Below are positions 61,724-64,000 of a DNA stretch of 64,000 bases, one piece after another (the first letter of the stretch is position 1; each line of letters begins with the position of its first letter). The translations under genes were made by a program, and so were the position numbers. This DNA is from Vitrella brassicaformis CCMP3155 (lineage: Eukaryota > Protista > Chromerida), in assembly GCA_001179505.1 (NCBI GenBank), contig CDMY01000271.1, positions 62,001 through 126,000 on the forward strand, in the 5' to 3' direction. Below the pieces are notes generated by a model. The model was not told where the DNA came from. It did no database searches and saw only the letters and a program-made list of their open reading frames with translations.

Positions 61724-63905
61724 ATGTTTGGTGGCGGCCTTGGCGGTGCGAGCGCAGTCAACTACAACACCAACGGCGACTACGAGGTGCCCCAATGCCC
61801 CACAGACGGTACGAATGAATGACCTGACGTGCCGGTGAAGATGTCAATCGTCCATCGCTCCGTCTGCTCGTGTGGTTGGTTCGTTAGGTATATCTGAAGT
61901 AGCTTGGGCGAAGGGTCGCAACATTCTCGCGTGTGCGTCATGGGACAAGAGTGTGCGGATATGGGAAGTGACGGCGCAGCAGAGTGAGGGAGGGGAGGGC
62001 GGCAGAGAGGGATGGGGGGGAAGAAGAACGCGTTTGTGCGTGTCATGCGTTTCGTGTGTGGCATCTAATCTCCTGTTGTGTTCCATCAGCGTTTGGTGCC
62101 GCCGGTGGGTACACGGCAGCGCCCAAGGTGTCGTACAACCACGAGAGCCCGGCACTCACATGCGAATTCTCACACGTGAGCAACATTGGCTGAAGAGGAC
62201 AGACAGACAGACAGGCAGACAGCCTAGAGCCAGGCAGGAGTCATGTTGTCCTTTCTGTCCTTTGCGTGTGTTAGGATATGCAATACCTGTGGAGCGCTGG
62301 CTGCGACAAGAAGATCAAAGTGTGCAACCTGGGGGCGGCGGGCAACCCCACACAGGTGAGGTCGGTCAGGAGAGCGAGCGCACAAGAGAGGACACATACA
62401 CACATGCCCATCCCTGATGCGATCGTCTGACTGTGTGTCCATCTCATCTGCCTGTTGGTGTCATGTCCTGTGACGTGACAGGACTGTGGTACCCATGATG
62501 CGCCTATTCGGCATATCAAGTGGTGTCAGGAGCTCAACATGCTCATATCTGGTACGTGCCTCCCACATATATCAGCGACACCTACCTGCATTGTTCGGCT
62601 CTGTTTCTGTCAGGCGGTTGGGATCGTACGTTGAAGTTCTGGGATTTCAGGCAGGGGCAGCAGGCCACCACGCTGCAGCTCCCAGAACGGGTGGCTGATT
62701 GGAAGGAAGGGGCGGAAAGACGCGCAAAAGGCGACCATCAATCTTTCACTTCACTGGCGCTGTTGTGTCCTTGTCATGTCAGTGCTATGCTATGGATTTG
62801 AAGTACCCTGTGTTGGTTGTGGGCACGGCTGACCTGCACGTGCTCATCTACAACCTCCAGAACATACAGCAGACCGGCGCGCCCGTCAAGGTAAGTAAGG
62901 TACACAGGCAAGACAAGACGTCAATCAGCCGAGCCCTGTCAATGCATTGCAATGCGTTGTGTGTGTGAATGATGTAATGTGTGCAGACGGTGACGTCCAA
63001 CCTGAAGATGCAGACGCGTTGTGTGTCCATCTTCACCGACAAGACGGGATGGGCTACGGGGTCGGTGGAGGGGCGCGTGTACATCGCATACATCGACGAG
63101 AGCCAGTCGTAAGACACTCACACCCACACCACACCACACCACACCACACCACACAACATCCACCGCACACACCTGCCTGACGGTGGTTGATTGTGGTGCG
63201 TGCTGTCTGTGCAAGCTCCAGTGGCAAGAGTTTTGCGTTCAAGTGTCACCGTGTGGATCGCGGTCACAACGAGAGCGACATCTACCCCGTCAACTCCATC
63301 GACTTTCATCCCCAGTTCGGCACATTCGCCACCACGGTGCAATGCACTTGACGAGGTGGCGCCCTGGTCTGATTGATGTTGTGATTCACTTATTGCAGGG
63401 ATCTGATGGGACGTTTGTGTTCTGGGACAAGGATAACAAGCAGAGGTCAGAGGCACGCAGGCCGAGAGGAGAGGAGGGAGGGCAGCGATGGAGGATATCG
63501 TGCGTCTGTCTGCCTCATATTTATTGTATGCACAGGTTGAAGCAGTTCAAGCCCGTCAACATCGCCATCCCCTGCGCCCGCTTCAACTATGACGGCTCCA
63601 TCTTCGCATACGCCTGCTCATACGACTGGCACAAAGTGCATCCAACACGCAACCCACAACAGCCACCCACACGCAAGGTGAGGTGGCTGTCTGTTGTGTC
63701 GTTGTCTATCAGGGTCACGATGGCGCTCTCTCGACCAACCCGAACAAGATCTTGCTGCACAGGGTGGGTAGAGTGGAGGGCCAACGATGGATGGATGGAT
63801 TGCCACGCGTGTGTTGTGTTGATGGGATGGATGGATGCCACGCAGGTGACCGAAGACGAGATCAAGAACAAGAAACCACAAGGCGGTGAGGGAGAAGTGC
63901 AATGA
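61724..63905 (+). CDS. RAE1: RAE1/Gle2 WD40 mRNA export factor
   Basis: YEVPQCPTDGIS..W, ASWDKSVRIWE, GGWDRTLKFWD, LPERCYAMD, LKMQTRCV, GSVEGRV, FAFKCHR, YPVNSIDFHP..GTFATTGSDG..FWDKD and IFAYACSYDWHKG. Confidence 0.96.
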
Positions 63906-64000
63906 ATGAAGAAGGGGTCAATGCACAGCCTTAATTGTGGGTCCCCACTGGTTGCTTTCGTTCGAACAGGTGGTGGCCGCCGATAGACAGCGGGACGGGA

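Noticed and set aside
1-64000. Transposase, reverse transcriptase, viral genes, rRNA or tRNA
   Set aside because: No recognisable motifs were found by eye; degenerate remnants or tRNAs cannot be excluded without RepeatMasker or tRNAscan-SE.

Overview
Eukaryotic, GC-rich, gene-dense and very intron-rich DNA with short GT-AG introns full of (ACAG)/(TGTC)/(GT) microsatellites. The gene content (bipartite plastid-targeted ALB3, flagellar CCDC39, starch-binding CBM20 proteins, P2X) and intron style suggest a chromerid alveolate such as Vitrella brassicaformis; this is inferred, not proven. I hand-spliced about 20 protein genes: an F-box-like protein ending in a PIP box, an Unkempt-like CCCH protein, dCMP deaminase with a P-loop domain, a small 3xCCCH protein, a TopoVIB-like protein, ALB3, CCDC39, ferroportin, a hypothetical protein, a secreted ConA/LamG-like protein, a large coiled-coil protein, DXO/Rai1, a multi-IQ protein, a secreted Cys-rich protein, two head-to-head CBM20 paralogues, a 62-aa PET117, an EF-hand membrane protein, a P2X channel and RAE1. 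Sixteen of them form 8 divergent pairs, several sharing short promoter motifs. The 36.9-39.3 kb stretch is a mosaic of local duplications. There are four 300-N gaps at G/C tracts. No rRNA, tRNA, CRISPR array or transposase/RT was recognised. Exon boundaries were read by eye and some gene ends are approximate.
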